A DNA stretch of 53,965 nt, filler included, from Sphacelaria rigidula (lineage: Eukaryota), in the NCBI GenBank assembly GCA_964200075.2. It is 5 parts of 5 records of this genome, joined end to end, with 100 filler letters (N's around TTAATTAATTAA, not from the genome) between each part and the next. Parts side by side here need not be neighbours in the genome. Positions count along the whole stretch, not along the records: positions 10,816 to 21,529 come from CAXNAA020006036.1; positions 21,630 to 32,341 come from CAXNAA020006037.1; 3 more parts are not named here. One strand, given 5' to 3'. Positions 12,401-23,953 of the stretch are shown here, in pieces (positions within the stretch are counted from its first letter, which is position 1; every line of letters starts with the position of its first letter). Under the pieces are notes generated by a model. That model saw only the letters and a list, made by a program, of their open reading frames with translations, did no database searches and had not been told where the DNA came from. A program made the translations under genes and the position numbers.

Positions 12401-13167
12401 GAGCCACGAACCTAAGGACTGCCACCGCTGGTATAACAACACCGGCAACAGCCCGCGAGGAATACAAGATGGGATGATCAAGAGAATGGTCCGCTTTGTC
12501 CCTGACTAGGAAGGAGGGGGGAAACACGGCAACCGATATATCTACCTTCTGTTGGTTGATATCTTCTTTCCTTGGCTTGCAACTCTAGCGATGTTCCCAA
12601 ACTCTATCACTTGTTCCTGTTCTGCTTTGATTCTGGATTCCTTTTTTTTTTCCCCTCCTCTCCTCCTTTTCTAGTTTTTTTCCCAAGATATCCGCACAAC
12701 ACTACTTCTTGCACGGTCTCCTCGGCAACGGGGCGGGGGTCTGTCAGCTGTTTTTTTTCTCGTCGGGAGCGGTGCTAGATCTGAGCATGGCCTTTTCGTT
12801 CTATCTTCCCCCGCCCCCATCAACTCTCTTGTTTCCTCTTTTGTTTTCTTCAGTTCCCCGTTTTTTCTCCAGCCTCCCTCAGCTAGTGCAGTATTTCCAT
12901 GTGTATACCTTGGATACCTCAAACTTCTTACGGTCAGAGCTGCATTCGTAGCGGATGAGTTAGCTTGCGATACGTAACAAACTACCCAATAAATTAATCA
13001 ATCGATCAATCATGAACTAATATATCCCTTCTTTGTTCAGCCCACCGGTTTTTATGTTTGCCTTTCGTATTTCAAGTACGACCCTTGCCCTCATGGAGAT
13101 CATCATGTCCTCAGCATGATGTTCATTTTCATGTTTCACCACTTATTTTTCAAAGTACGACCCTTAC

Positions 13168-13311
13168 CCTCATGGAGAACACCATGTCCTCGGCATGATG
13201 TTCGTAGTCGGCCATCTTCTTATCCCACACGATGTTAAATTGCTGAAATTCCAACATGTGGGCTTCTTCCACTCCCAGTCTTTCCGCGATTTGCCGCGAC
13301 CGCATCGCTTC
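13168..13311 (-). CDS. Conserved coiled-coil protein, exon 3 (later exons not found)
   Basis: gccag|gaa ... agg|gtaagg; EAMRSRQIAERLGVEEAHMLEFQQFNIVWDKKMADYEHHAEDMVFSMR, 48 codons, continuous with exons 1-2. Confidence 0.85.
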
Positions 13312-14361
13312 CTGGCGACGGATATCAGTGGAATGTTTTCAACAGAGTATGGGAAGACCATTCTGTTGACGCACGAGTTATTATCCGTCGATCTACACGC
13401 GGCGTCTACGCGGTATGCAGAGTGAGTTATACAGGCTGGCTCACGCTCATAATGCAAGATTCGTCGATCAGCAGCCTTCACATTTCTCTGAAATAAAAAA
13501 TACGAATCCCCCACCCTATTTTATCCCAATCTCCGCATGCTTAAATATCGCAGTAACCGCCCTCATCTTAGAAATCTTATTAAAATACAGATTTTAAAAC
13601 GGTTACTGTGGGATCGAATTATACCTCACACCGTGGTTTTTGAGTGGTGCAGGATTCTGGCGTCGTCGGATTTCCACCGATGATATGCACCAAAGACCCA
13701 GCAACCCTCCTGACGGTTTCCCTTATACATATATATTTATTCATGTATCGCGGGAAAACACAGATCGTCCTCGAACTTGGCAATTCGGTAGGTATTGATG
13801 CTCCAAATGAAAAAGGTATCGTTTTAAACCATCACAAAGTGCCTCTGCTCTTGACCGGCTTCCTGGGTTTCCGGCGTGGAGGCCCCACGAAGCCGTCACA
13901 GAATGCCTCGAAGCAAAAAATAAAGACTGTCTTCTCCCACGGTACTCGTAGTCCGAGGAACGTTTGTACGGCGTTGTGTTACGAAACTCCGAAAACTGAT
14001 GCGATGGGGTCGTTGTGACGCTAAACCTACCCGAAAAGTAGTTTTTATACACGAAATAAAGTTCTTGGGATCCTGCACCTTCCAAGCTCATTTCATCGCA
14101 CAAACGCGTAAATGCTCACGCCGATTCTTGGAGAACTCTGAAAAATTTCACACATACACTAAGGAGCATGACGAAACTTTCACAGAACGGTGTTTTTCGA
14201 TTTAATTCATTTTGCCGGTTATCAGGGGTCCCAGAAGGGCATGTGGAGGGCTTATTACACCCGAAGACCCTGGGACGTCCGAAAACCGGAAAATAAAACA
14301 AACGAAATATACCGTTCTCCAAATTTTTCGAAATTCCCCGTTGTACATGTGTGCAGATTTT

Positions 14362-14501
14362 TCACACCCTGGGCAGTAGATGACACTGTCAAAAAGTGTA
14401 CTGCGTACAGCATCGACTATTGCGTCTACTGCAATAGAAAATAGATTTCATACTGTGCGCAGTACACTTTTTAGCAATATAACCTCGTATCCAGGGTGTG
14501 A
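14362..14501. mobile_element. Small fold-back element (MITE-like) in intron
   Basis: tcacaccctgg...aaaaagtgtactgcgtacag pairs with ctgtgcgcagtacacttttt...ccagggtgtga. Confidence 0.65.
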
Positions 14502-15250
14502 CATTTTCAGTCTAACTCCAAGGACTGGCATGAACATATTTTTTGGTTGACTGAATTTTGATCACAGAAGCGCGAACCAGCCTCGATCACCCGAGCTTCG
14601 TCTTCCTCTCTGAATAATGACATGAGTTTTTTCGATTGCGGCAAAGCCATGCCATCTATCTACTGCAGACTGGACTGGACTTCACTGAGGAACTGCCACG
14701 TAACATAATGCGTACGACTACACGGTGAGTTGAGGAAGGTTTGAGACAAAACATGAGGTTGCAGCCCGGTGCGTTGTTAGATACTAGGAGTTGTATTTGC
14801 TTGGTAGGAACCGAGTTGGGGATCGGGGGTTGTTCCAATGTTCGACAGGCCTCTCGGCGTATTAATACTACCAGTGCTCAAGAGTGGCACACTGTATCGA
14901 TCACAGCCGCTGGTGACTTTACGACACCACCAAGTTTTAACAACAACTGCAACCGATAGTTGTACCAAAAAACAACAGCTACTACTGGCTGATGCAAAAT
15001 GGTGGTCATCATGTCTCCCTCCGAGCTTTCTCTGGTACCAAAAGCGAGCTGACACCAAAAGCGAGAGATATCGGTAGCATACAGTCTAAACGACTGATCG
15101 CCCAGCTCTACCGATGATTAACGTGTGTAAAACAACACGGTTACGAATTCTACACAGGTGGACGCTGCTGCACGTTGTCCTACAGCACGTTACGTGCAGC
15201 CACAGCGCTCAACGACTCAAGAGATATTGGCAGGTTGACTATGGGCTTCG

Positions 15251-15571
15251 TTTTTTTTTTTTTTTCGTCACACCAAGGTCACACTCAGGTTTCCTCCCCT
15301 TCCTCGGGACGAGTCTGTGCATGGTCTCGAGGGATCAGCCCATCTCTCCTCGATACATGCCTTGCATTTTGGTCTCGCGGGTTGGGTGAGCTCTGCCGCA
15401 CGCGCGTCGACTGTCGTCAAATAAACTTAGCCAACTACATATTGTCTGCCCACGTCCCCACGATTCCGACGGTGAAGATCGGATACTTCGAAGAGAAACG
15501 GATGTGGTGAGAATCAAGTCCACGTTCTCTCCGCCCCAATTGTGAGACTCGAGCCATTAGACCACCGGGGC
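15251..15571 (-). mobile_element. tRNA-derived SINE with poly(A) tail
   Basis: Minus strand starts gccccggtggtctaatggc (A box), has a degenerate B box ggacttgattctc and ends in A15; its 3' part recurs at ~21460-21529. Confidence 0.65.
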
Positions 15572-15917
15572 GCGGATTGCGCTTGCAAAGGAAGATCAAG
15601 TTGTAATGGCGCTCTCTATAAGCCTGGTTTCACTCTGTATGCTTGATGTTGACTTGTTACGAAGTAAAGCGCCGGGATAGCGTGAGACGCAATGTGTGCC
15701 AGCCTCCACCTTTGTGTTACCAAGGTAAACAACGGCACAGGCAATTGCCTCCTTCGACAAGAAGCTCTACAATGACGTGCATGCAAATATATATCTTGCT
15801 CGTGGAGAATATTTTCATCGGAAATCCCACTTTCCCGAGATTGGTTGAGGAATGATGTTTTTCTGGAATCCGGGTGCTCTCTCCCCCACCTCACTGATCT
15901 TACAAAGAATCACAAAC

Positions 15918-16019
15918 CTTTCGTCGGTTTTCCTCGTGAAGCTTGAGCTCGTCCAAACGGTTCTTCGCAATCTCCGCTTCGACGTATTTGCCCTGTCGCT
16001 CACAGTTCCGGCGGTGCTC
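15918..16019 (-). CDS. Conserved coiled-coil protein, exon 2
   Basis: aaag|gag ... aag|gtttgt; EHRRNCERQGKYVEAEIAKNRLDELKLHEENRRK, 34 codons, phase 0/0. Confidence 0.85.
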
Positions 16020-16304
16020 CTTTGTTTCAGCGCAAAATGTACACGAAACATATCACCATCACCAGACGACAGATGCAGCAGTAGCAGCGGCCGACATACA
16101 GACACGGGTATATATTCGTACTGCGACAGTCGCGCCAGAGGTCAACCGGCCTCACACACATCGTAGTTCCTCGTCTTCCAAGACCGAGCAAGCAACAGAA
16201 CGCGATCATTTCAGCGAATGTACCATGCGCGGGCTACGTTGGTGAGGGTTTCAGGGTCGGAGCCCATTATTACGTACAGCCTTGATCCATGCCACGAATC
16301 TTAC

Positions 16305-16355
16305 CTCTAAAATCTCGAGGAAATCCTTCACCGCCGAATCCTCCGTTACTTCCAT
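16305..16355 (-). CDS. Conserved coiled-coil protein, exon 1
   Basis: gccATGG start; MEVTEDSAVKDFLEILE|gtaaga, 17 codons, phase 0. Confidence 0.8.
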
Positions 16356-17233
16356 GGCGCCTGTTGCTGCTGCTGGCTAGCCAGGCCCACAAGATCACGA
16401 CAGCGAGATCTTAGTCCAAGCTCCTCAAACTCTCGACTGGAGAACTAGCTCGCTTGATTGTATCGCAAATCTTGACGAAGACCTCCGTTTACAAAACAAA
16501 CGCGAATAAAACTGGGAAACCGTACTTGTAGTCGGAAGCTGCCCTGTGGTTAGCGTGTCGTCGCTTACTCGGTCGTTCCTTGTAATCCTGCGCTAGGGAG
16601 TTGTTCAGAGTAGCGGGGTGAATAGTAAAGGCATCAGAGGTTCCCTTTTCCTTGGCTTGTATGTGGTGTGTTCACAGATCACACCATACCATGTCTCGCC
16701 TCTAGCGTTTCAAACATCAACGTCTCAACCTGGCTCTCACGGACAAAAACGCGGCGCAACTCCGAGTTTAAAATATGATCACGGGTTTGAAATATTTTAG
16801 CGAATGTGATATTTTAACGCATGACCCTATTCGTAGGATTTCGCCGCCGCGGATAAACTTCCCGTCTCCCGGAAGATTAGTATCCGTGTCCACCATCTCA
16901 TCAATACACGACCATCTCTAGCATATCAGGGAATAAGGAGTGTTGGAAACTTTTGGAAACCTCTACTTCGGAAGCGAGGATATTGCCTTATCGTGAATTC
17001 TCCTGGTTGCGCAGCTGAGAATGACCCATGTGCCCCAACTCGAATCGACAACATTTGCCTCGAATGGCCAGGTGGGAGGAGTGTCCGGAACCAGACTGTG
17101 CAGCATGCAGTAAAAAGTCTCCACCTCGGTAACGAAGTGAGGTTTTGCCTGCTGCGATGTTCAGGTGTCGATATCAACGATTCACCGTTGTAACGGTGCA
17201 GTACAGGCAGCGACAGAGCAATCCAACAGTTCA

Positions 17234-18016
17234 GGTGGGGTCTTATCAGAAGTGACTTATCACTATTCAAAAAATCACTTTTGGGGAAGTGGTTGCCCCC
17301 ACAACGACCAGTGCTGCGTCTTATCGGCAAGCAGTTTTGTTCAGATCGAAGCCCAGACCTGCGCACAGGTAAAGAATGCAGCGGTTCTGGAAGTGGTCGT
17401 TAGTCCAATACCTCTGTACTGCTGCGGACAAGACGCAAAGAGGTAGCACAGCGCCGACACACCTAGCCACGAAAACCGAACGATAGACATTCACCACTCA
17501 CGCGCATTAGCTGAAGCGCTACAATAGGTCTTCATCATCTGCACATGACAGCTTTTGTTTGACGGAAATCCGTCCAGTATTAGATGAAAGGCGGCCGCGT
17601 GCGTGTCAAATAGCAACCGAAAACGTGCTGGTGCTGACTGTTTTTGAGCGTGTGCTGTGCGCGCGTCCCACGCAAATCGTCATTTCTCACTAATTTTTGA
17701 ACCGATTTGAGCAGGGTCACGCACAGCGTGCTCAGCTGATGAGCAACAATGAATGGAGCGGTGTGTTTTGGTTTGGGAGGGCAATGCGATCCTCAGATTC
17801 ACATTTGATTGTCTTGACTTGTCTGTCAAGACTTCGGTTATGCCCCTGTCAACGGGATGTTTTATGTTCCCGTTCGAGGTGTCACAAAATCGCTTTTGCA
17901 AAAGTGATTTTTGGCACTTTTCGGGGGGAGGGTGGTGTCGCAGCAACCAACCATCGGTCGTTTTTCACAAAAGTGATTTATTGAAAAGTGATAATCACTT
18001 CTGATAAGACCCCGCC
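17234..18016. mobile_element. PIF/Harbinger-like non-autonomous element (~50-bp TIR, TCA TSD)
   Basis: ggtggggtcttatcagaagtgacttatcact... vs ...agtgataatcacttctgataagaccccgcc; flanked tca/tca. Confidence 0.85.
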
Positions 18017-18023
18017 TCAGTTA

Positions 18024-18321
18024 GGCTTTTACTTATTATGCTAGCACGGTTTTTGAAGAACTCGTTTATCTTGAAAATAATGTCGGGTCGCTATTAGGCC
18101 GTGTCTTTTAGCACATCATGTTTCGATCGAAAAAGTGTGGTGAAAAACTAAAATCCCGATCTGATTGGTCGTGATTTCAACCATCTTTAAAACAAACGAC
18201 GATGGTTGAAATAGCGACGTATCAGATCGGAGTTTTCCTTTTCCACCGCACATTTTCGATCGAAAGACAATGTGCTAAAACACGCCCTAAGTAAACCGTG
18301 CTAGCATAATAAGTAAAGGCC
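18024..18321. mobile_element. MITE (29-bp TIR) containing a nested fold-back MITE at 18097-18287
   Basis: ta|ggcttttacttattatgctagcacggttt ... aaaccgtgctagcataataagtaaaggcc|ta; inner ggccgtgtc...acacgccc is self-complementary over most of its length. Confidence 0.85.
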
Positions 18322-18880
18322 TAGCCTCAGTGCGTTAAACGACCGTGCGCAAAGCAGCTGCATGCAGTCCAGCTGCATCAAATGATGCCATGCCGCATCG
18401 GGTAAGCTATCATTTCACCCTGCTATGGACGTGCGCAACCTGCACTAACACCATGACGCCTTGAGTGAGAGTAGTGCGTAGACAGTTGGAGGTGGACGTG
18501 CTAGTAGGTAGGTGAGTAGATGGGTACAGCAAGAGGGAGGGGGAGAGAGACAGACAGAGAGACAGAGAGACAGAACCTTGAGAGCATTACTGATTCTAGT
18601 GGTATTTTGCAAGTTGGTGAACGTTCTACAGAATAAAGGCGAACATGCACCTAGCGGCGGTTAAAATCATACCTCGAACAGCTCATGAGCTACTGCACCT
18701 AAACTAATTAATCGAAGAGGACTCTCGGCTCCCTTGTCCAAGAAAACATAATACGCGACAATAGGATCAGAGAAGCCAGGGCGCTACCTTTGCGCTACTC
18801 CGCGTGCTCGGCGCCCAAGGCTGCAGGGGCCATATATGGGAAAAGGGACCACAAGAGCTAGCTCATGATCCGGATCATTA

Positions 18881-19359
18881 GGTCGCTTCTTATAGACTGA
18901 AATAAATCTCTCTGAGAACTGCCCTTTTGAACCTTTCATCACGGATTATTGGCGGAATACGGGCCTTGGCGGATTAGACCTCCTCGGCAAGATTTGCTAT
19001 ATGTTTCACAAGGATTCTAGCGCACTTGTCCGATTGATTGTACGCCCGGTTTTACTTTTGACCGGATCCTGATTTTTTTCAGTCGCCCCCAAAATCGTCC
19101 AGTTGTCGGAAAAAAAAGGCGTACTTTTCCCCGACAACTCGAAGTTTTTTGCGGTGACTGAAAAAAATCAAGATCCGGTCAAAAGTAAAACTGGGTGTAC
19201 AATCAATCGGGAAAGTGCGCTAGAATCCTCGTGAAACATATAGCAAATCTTGCCGAGGAATCCCAATCCGCCAAGGCCCGTATTCCGCCAATAATCCGTG
19301 ATGAAAGGCTAAAAGGGCAGTTGTCAGAGAGATTTTTTTTCAGTCTATGAGAAGCGGCC
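18881..19359. mobile_element. 479-bp fold-back PIF/Harbinger-type MITE with TTA TSD
   Basis: tta|ggtcgcttcttatagactgaaa ... tttcagtctatgagaagcggcc|tta; the two halves are reverse complements almost to the centre (~19115). Confidence 0.9.
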
Positions 19360-19776
19360 TTACACTAATAAAAATGATATTTAGGAAGCTCATGAGCTGT
19401 CCGACGTGAAGGTTTTCAGATACTGTCTGCACTGTGTACAAGTACATTAGTACAGTATTCAGCAAGAGAACGGAACCATCACGTTCTACATGCTTCTAGA
19501 ACACTCGGTCATGCCTCGGAACGCTCTGGATCGGTAACATGGTGCTCGCAATGAAATTGTGTACAACAACACTACAGTACCGGTACAGTCGTACTTCAAC
19601 TGTTTTCCGCGACAGAGTAGTTATTGAAACATCGCCGCTGACTTGTTTTGTATCGCTTCCAGTTTCCAATGATGTCATGGTGCAAGGCGGTAGAAATTCT
19701 TGGCAAATCAACTTTGTTGGATCCTCGTGGTTTCTATTCCGAGATTTTGTTGGCTGGCATTTTCAGGCCTTGTCTT

Positions 19777-20227
19777 AGACCGACTTTTGGAAACCAGTCT
19801 TCATTTGTACAAACAGGAGAATTTCATCTCATCTCCAAGCGATTTTCTCCCGTGTATTGATTTTTCGGGCCCTAGCCCGTTCGGCAATGTGTTCTTGCCT
19901 AGCTGTGAGGAAAACCAGATCAATTCTCCGAGTTTATGAACGTTGACTTTTGGTGTATCACCTTCCTGCTCAAATCGGTACACTCCCGCATTTCCCCCAA
20001 TATCCTAAAGTTAACGTCCAGAGGATCGTAGAGTTAATCTGGTTTTCTCACGGATAGCCCAGTGTGGGTCCAGGAATATATTTTTTGTGCCCTCCAGACT
20101 AGCCGGAAAACATTGCCGAACGGACTAGGGTCCGAAAAATCAATCCACGGTAGGCAATCGCCTGTAGACGGATGGGCTGAAATCCTCATATTCGTACATG
20201 TACAGATTGGTTGCCATGAAGTCGTCT
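19777..20227. mobile_element. Degenerate fold-back element
   Basis: ttgatttttcgggccctagcccgttcggcaatgt pairs with acattgccgaacggactagggtccgaaaaatcaa; pairing extends to both ends with mismatches and an indel. Confidence 0.75.
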
Positions 20228-20252
20228 TGAGTCCCTTCATTTGTGCAACTTC

Positions 20253-20640
20253 TTAAAAACTGCTTATTTGACCCTTCTCGATCGTTTTACGCCCGAATAC
20301 AGGGCTAGGCGGATGCTGACACCTAGGAATGACTTGCTCTACTCGCCGAGATCGTTTCAGGGCCCCTTTGCGTTTTCCGGTGGCCACAGTTGTATTTGGC
20401 CAATCTTGCATTTTCAATAAAAACGGTCATGAAAAATTGGCAATTTTTTCCTGTTTTTCTATAACTCGACCATTAGTCAGTGGAAATAGTAGTTTGGCAA
20501 AAAAAATCTGTAGGAACCGGGAAGCGCAAAGGTGCTCTGGAACGGTCTCAACGAGTAAAGCACGTCATTCTAAGGTGTCAACATCCGCCTAGCCTCTCGG
20601 GCGTGAAACGACAGAGAAGGGTCAAAGAGGCAGTTTTCAA
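20253..20640. mobile_element. Degenerate fold-back element
   Basis: aaaactgcttatttgacccttctc...ggctaggcggatgctgacacc pairs with ggtgtcaacatccgcctagcc...gagaagggtcaaagaggcagtttt. Confidence 0.8.
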
Positions 20641-20675
20641 CAAGATTTTTTTTTAATAAGTAAGAAGTGGCCGAA

Positions 20676-20867
20676 GGTCGTGTCTTTGGAAATTATATTT
20701 CGATCGAAAGTGCGGTAGAAAATTAAAAAAAACATCTGGTAGATCATATTTGAAGAAAGAGCGCCGCCCGGCGACAAATCAACGTAAATACCGGTTTTGC
20801 ACGCTCATTTCGTTTCTGGCTTCTTTGTCTAAACATTTATTTTTTCGCCTCGAAAAAAGGCACGGCC
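20676..20867. mobile_element. MITE related to 18097-18287
   Basis: ggtcgtgtcttt...tttcgatcgaaagtgcggt head and aaaggcacggcc tail match the TIR and ttcgatcgaa motif of the nested element at 18097. Confidence 0.6.
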
Positions 20868-23197
20868 TTATGGTGTGTCTCAGCACATTCGTTTTCGATT
20901 GAATAAAAAAAGGGGCGGTGAAATTGATTTCAGCGAAGTTCGCTCGCTTCTCTCGAGTTGGGTGCAAGCGAATTTTCAAATGTTCGATCGAAAAAGACCG
21001 TGAAATTCTTGAAACGGCACATGGTTGCTGGTGTAGAGCACTACAGACAGTCTGTACTGCCTTCAATGTTTGCATGCAGTGTGTCTTGATTGTTTGCGCG
21101 GGCAACGAGCAGTGCAGACAGCGCAGGACCATATGCTCTCTCTGCTTTCAATGCGACGTGAACATGACCTGGACAACTTGCAGCTTTGTTCCGCCGGCAC
21201 TGTCCATGGGCGTGCACGCAAGTCGGTTGCCCACCCTACCGCGCTGTTCCGTCGCTGATCCCTGCCATGAAAGAAGATACGCAAGTTTTCGCCAATAAAG
21301 AATGAACGAGGCATACCCAACCACAGCAGTGTATCTATCCCTGTGCTCAACTGGTGCTCAATCCTGCAGGGTTGCAGTGGTAGCTGAGAATGAGTTGTGT
21401 GGAGCTTGCATGGTTCTGTGGACGGGTGGTATCTGGCGTGGTGGTCTGTATCTATTTATTTTTCCTCACACTTTGAACCCCTCCCCTTCCTCGGGATGAG
21501 TCCGTGGTCTCAAGGGATCAATCCATCTCNNNNNNNNNNNNNNNNNNNNNNNNNNNNNNNNNNNNNNNNNNNNTTAATTAATTAANNNNNNNNNNNNNNN
21601 NNNNNNNNNNNNNNNNNNNNNNNNNNNNNAAGGAAAAAAAAAAAAAGAAAGCCACCCCCCTCCCCCCCCCCCCCACACACACACACACAAAGGCACGCCG
21701 GCGCGGAAGACGGTTCGTGGCACCCGTTCTGTCGAATGATGCTCCATGTTTCAAATCGCGCAAGCCATGTTTGTTTTCTCATGAGTCACTCCGCCTGCCC
21801 TGGGCCGCATACTCGTTTGTCTTCCCCCTCTAGAATCACCAGCCTGTATGTAACAGTAATCCACACCCGTTGTCCCCCATTTCCGATGCATCCTTCTCGC
21901 CGACTGCGCTTCCAGGCATATGAGCAATGAGATGAGAGTTGTCAGCGCAAATGATAGTGGATACTTGTAATGCAGCGGCGAAGACTAGTGGGGGAACGTG
22001 AGGGAAGGCGCGAAACACTATGGCAGCGGTGTGGAGGGGAAAGTCTATTCCCACAAATACACATGATGTAATGCGCCCAGCGGCACGGGTCAAGGGATGG
22101 GGAGAGTATGTGCGTGGTGTGTGGAACACATCCTCCCCGTCGCCCCTTCCTTCTGCGCAGACACGACACCTCCCTCGAGTTTTTCGCCTGCTTATGTGCG
22201 GTAACGAGAAGGGTCGATAACTGCGATCACGTGGAGATACAACTGTTCGAGAGGGAAAGTCGTGATGAACTTGGGCAAGGCAGACTATGTCTGTCGCCTC
22301 CTCGTGAACCCATCCTCTTTTTTTTCCTGTATGGATGCAGTGAAACCGATTGAGAGCCCCCTGTGATGTGGTGGTGGTATCGAATCCCGGAGATGAGTAG
22401 ACGTGCTCGGGATGTGGGCTCGGGTCACGGTTGACTGTGCCACGTAGTTTTGCGCGGTGTATTACCATCATAGCTTTAGAAGAAATGAACGGGATCATGC
22501 CGAACGGAGTGTGTTTTGATTGCAAATTATTAGCGAAGGATTGATGAGAATTTTAGCCCCGACAGTCCTTGTGTGTATGAGAAAGTGGTAGCGAGCGAGC
22601 GAGCGCTTTGTTGCGTATAGCATGATGAAAGAGGTCTTTGTCCTGTGCGTTCATGTAGCCATGTGTGAGTAGCAGTCGCATTTTTTACCCAGCCCTCAGG
22701 CCTCATTTGTTCTGGGAGGAGACGTGTCGCGCGGCGAGAGGAGGTACACACAGCTAGCGACGGAGGGCTCCAGGTGTTGTCCCCCAGTGTATCGTGCTCA
22801 CCATTTCCCTAGCCACTGGGCCTAAACAACGCTTCGTGTGCCAATTTTGACTTTGATTGAAGCCCCGGTTTCTGCTGCGCGCACGCATGGTTCGAGTGGG
22901 GGAACATGCTGTACCGTGAAAAAGACGTTGTGAGGAGATCGTCGACCACACCGCACAGGTCCAGAGACGGTAGTCAACGTTCAGTAGCATGTGGCAACTT
23001 GCTCCTCTTGAGGGTAATGTCTTCACTTCAGTCGAGGACAGCACCTTTTCAAGAGTACAGTATGACACTGAAAAAGGCACAGCACATAACAGCATATTGA
23101 AGATGAGTAATTTCTAGTTGCCTGATTGAAGACAACACGCTACGCACGACTTCCACCCTTCTCTTCCACGCTGTCGGTAACGGCACGTGGCTACCGT

Positions 23198-23499
23198 AAA
23201 CAACGTTGTCGTGAGATTGAGACTAGAGCGCTGATTGAGAGTGGCTTTGATCATTCGCTTTGACCCAGCCAATTTTTTATTCCGTGTGAGCTTTTCTTTG
23301 GCTCCATCACTAGCGTGTGCTTACAGTTACACGTCATTATCCTACTAAGGGATATCAAAGGCCTCAGTGGCAAGCTACTACATAAAGCATGTCGGGCGTC
23401 GTGGGGGGGCCCTTGGGAACTGAAACGATTCACTCACTAATTGACCGCTTTTCACTCCCAATCGTATCCTCTACTCTCAATCTCACGAAAACATTGTTG
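23198..23499 (-). mobile_element. MITE family A, copy 2 (opposite orientation, TSD GT)
   Basis: Same TIR (ctctactctcaatctcacgaaaacattgttg) and internal motifs (ggcctcagtggc, gaactgaaac) in reverse orientation; flanked gt...gt. Confidence 0.85.
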
Positions 23500-23953
23500 G
23501 TGGTAAAAGCGCCATTAAAGAATTATTTCTGTTGATGTCCCAACTTCATAATGTCCTGACCTCACGTCTCCTCGGTCTCTGCAACGGTATACAGTGCATG
23601 ACCGCCGTGTTACCGTGTGTTCATATCCCATATCACCTAGCTACCTGTTGGCGAAATTTTGTCGAACTTTCGAAGTGTCTTGGACCCTTCACCCGACAAC
23701 TGTCGCGGAGCTATTCAATCAGTATCTTGCCTTGCTATATCTGTCATCTGGTAGTTCGAAAGTCATTCACTCCTTTGTGAAGTGGATGAGACGGAAGACA
23801 CTGATTCAGTTGTAAATACCTCCTGGAAAATTGGGTTCAACATCACGGGGGGTTTCAACCTGCCTTTTTGGATATCGATATTTCTGCTCGAATAAGTTGG
23901 AAAACGAGAGCACTTTCAGATGCTTCCTGTTGAAAGCTGAGCAGGTGAGGCAA

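Noticed and set aside
17021..17071. Possible first exon MTHVPQLESTTFASNGQ|gtggga
   Set aside because: No convincing downstream exon was found; too short to support.
21836..22525. 229-aa minus ORF (similarly the 198-aa ORF at 27220-27816)
   Set aside because: No recognisable domain and no chainable splice sites; consistent with chance ORFs in repeat-rich DNA.
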